In this document: in pieces, positions 63,688 to 64,000 of the stretch
Numbering within the stretch: position 1 is the stretch's first letter
How the letters are laid out: each line of letters starts with the position of its first letter
Assembly (NCBI GenBank): GCA_003451585.1
Contig: DMEU01000011.1
Coordinates: 29,493 to 93,492 of the forward strand
Source of the DNA: Candidatus Omnitrophota bacterium
Lineage (GTDB): Bacteria; Omnitrophota; Gorgyraeia; Velamenicoccales; Velamenicoccaceae
DNA: 64,000 bases
Direction of reading: 5' to 3'
Notes under the pieces: generated by a model
Told to the model about the DNA's origin: nothing
Database searches by the model: none
The model's input: only the letters and a program-made list of their open reading frames with translations
Made by a program: the position numbers and the translations under genes

Positions 63688-64000
63688 AGAGCGCGCTGCC
63701 GCCTTTAAAGCGTTTCGGCCAGAATTTCCTTATCGATAAAAATATTATAGCTAAGATCATCAAGGCTGCGGCTGTTTCGGACAAGGACAACGTCCTTGAG
63801 GTCGGTCCAGGGCATGGCGCATTGACTTTTGAAGTGGCCAAGAAGGCACGAAGGGTGTTGGCCGTTGAAATAGACAGAGGCCTGTGCGCTGATCTTGGTG
63901 CAGCAGCAGCGGGCTATGAAAATATAAGTATTTTCTGCTGTGATATCCTAAAATTTGACCTCAAGGCTGTGCTTAGAAAAAATAGGATCAGATCCGTAAA
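63684..64000 (+). CDS. rsmA: 16S rRNA (adenine1518/1519-N6)-dimethyltransferase, N-terminal fragment (3' end lies outside the window)
   Basis: KRFGQNFLIDKNI and LEVGPGHGALT motifs. ATGA overlap with pdxA. The frame is open to the window end. Confidence 0.88.
   Translation, partial: MKSALPPLKRFGQNFLIDKNIIAKIIKAAAVSDKDNVLEVGPGHGALTFEVAKKARRVLAVEIDRGLCADLGAAAAGYENISIFCCDILKFDLKAVLRKNRIRSV

Overview
This 64-kb chromosomal segment is coded almost entirely on the plus strand. It comes from a diderm bacterium, probably an uncultivated anaerobic lineage; I cannot assign taxonomy from sequence alone.

Housekeeping blocks:
- argF'-argG-argH-lysA-dapF-dapA-dapB-dapL (lysine via the LL-DAP aminotransferase route)
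- folK, panC, and an aspartate dehydrogenase
- uvrA
- recA-recX-alaS-hisD-hisB-hisH-hisA-hisF-hisI-trpE
- rpsP, yajC-secDF, a short mfd, and surA-like-pdxA-rsmA'

Accessory content:
1. An envelope cluster: a DUF2079 membrane protein, a methyltransferase-GT2 fusion, a second methyltransferase and a B12-radical SAM enzyme.
2. A TPR-ExbB-ExbD-TonB-like block.
3. A complete type IV filament (T4P/T2SS-like) locus at 24.3-35.7 kb. A radical SAM/SPASM-like enzyme is wedged between, and translationally coupled to, its pilin genes. Its ATPase carries a textbook c-di-GMP-binding MshEN motif.
4. tRNA-Ala, with a duplicated 3' end 113 bp downstream.
5. An AmmeMemoRadiSam pair in which Memo and AMMECR1 are fused.
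6. A four-gene, ATPase-free, fimbria-like cluster at 40.2-46.3 kb: a tri-domain subunit, a single-domain paralog, a two-domain PapD-like candidate chaperone and a 960-aa outer-membrane protein.
7. Converging on that cluster, the window's only convincing minus-strand unit: a c-di-GMP-I (GEMM-I) riboswitch with a terminator platform driving a small secreted protein.

A family of short-period (7- or 10-nt) tandem-unit hairpin elements fills many intergenic gaps, including one 145-bp element present three times. The same repeat style also occurs in frame inside uvrA, dapF and the Memo-AMMECR1 gene.

The best candidates for undescribed biology are the pilin-embedded radical SAM enzyme and the c-di-GMP-linked chaperone/usher-like fibre locus.
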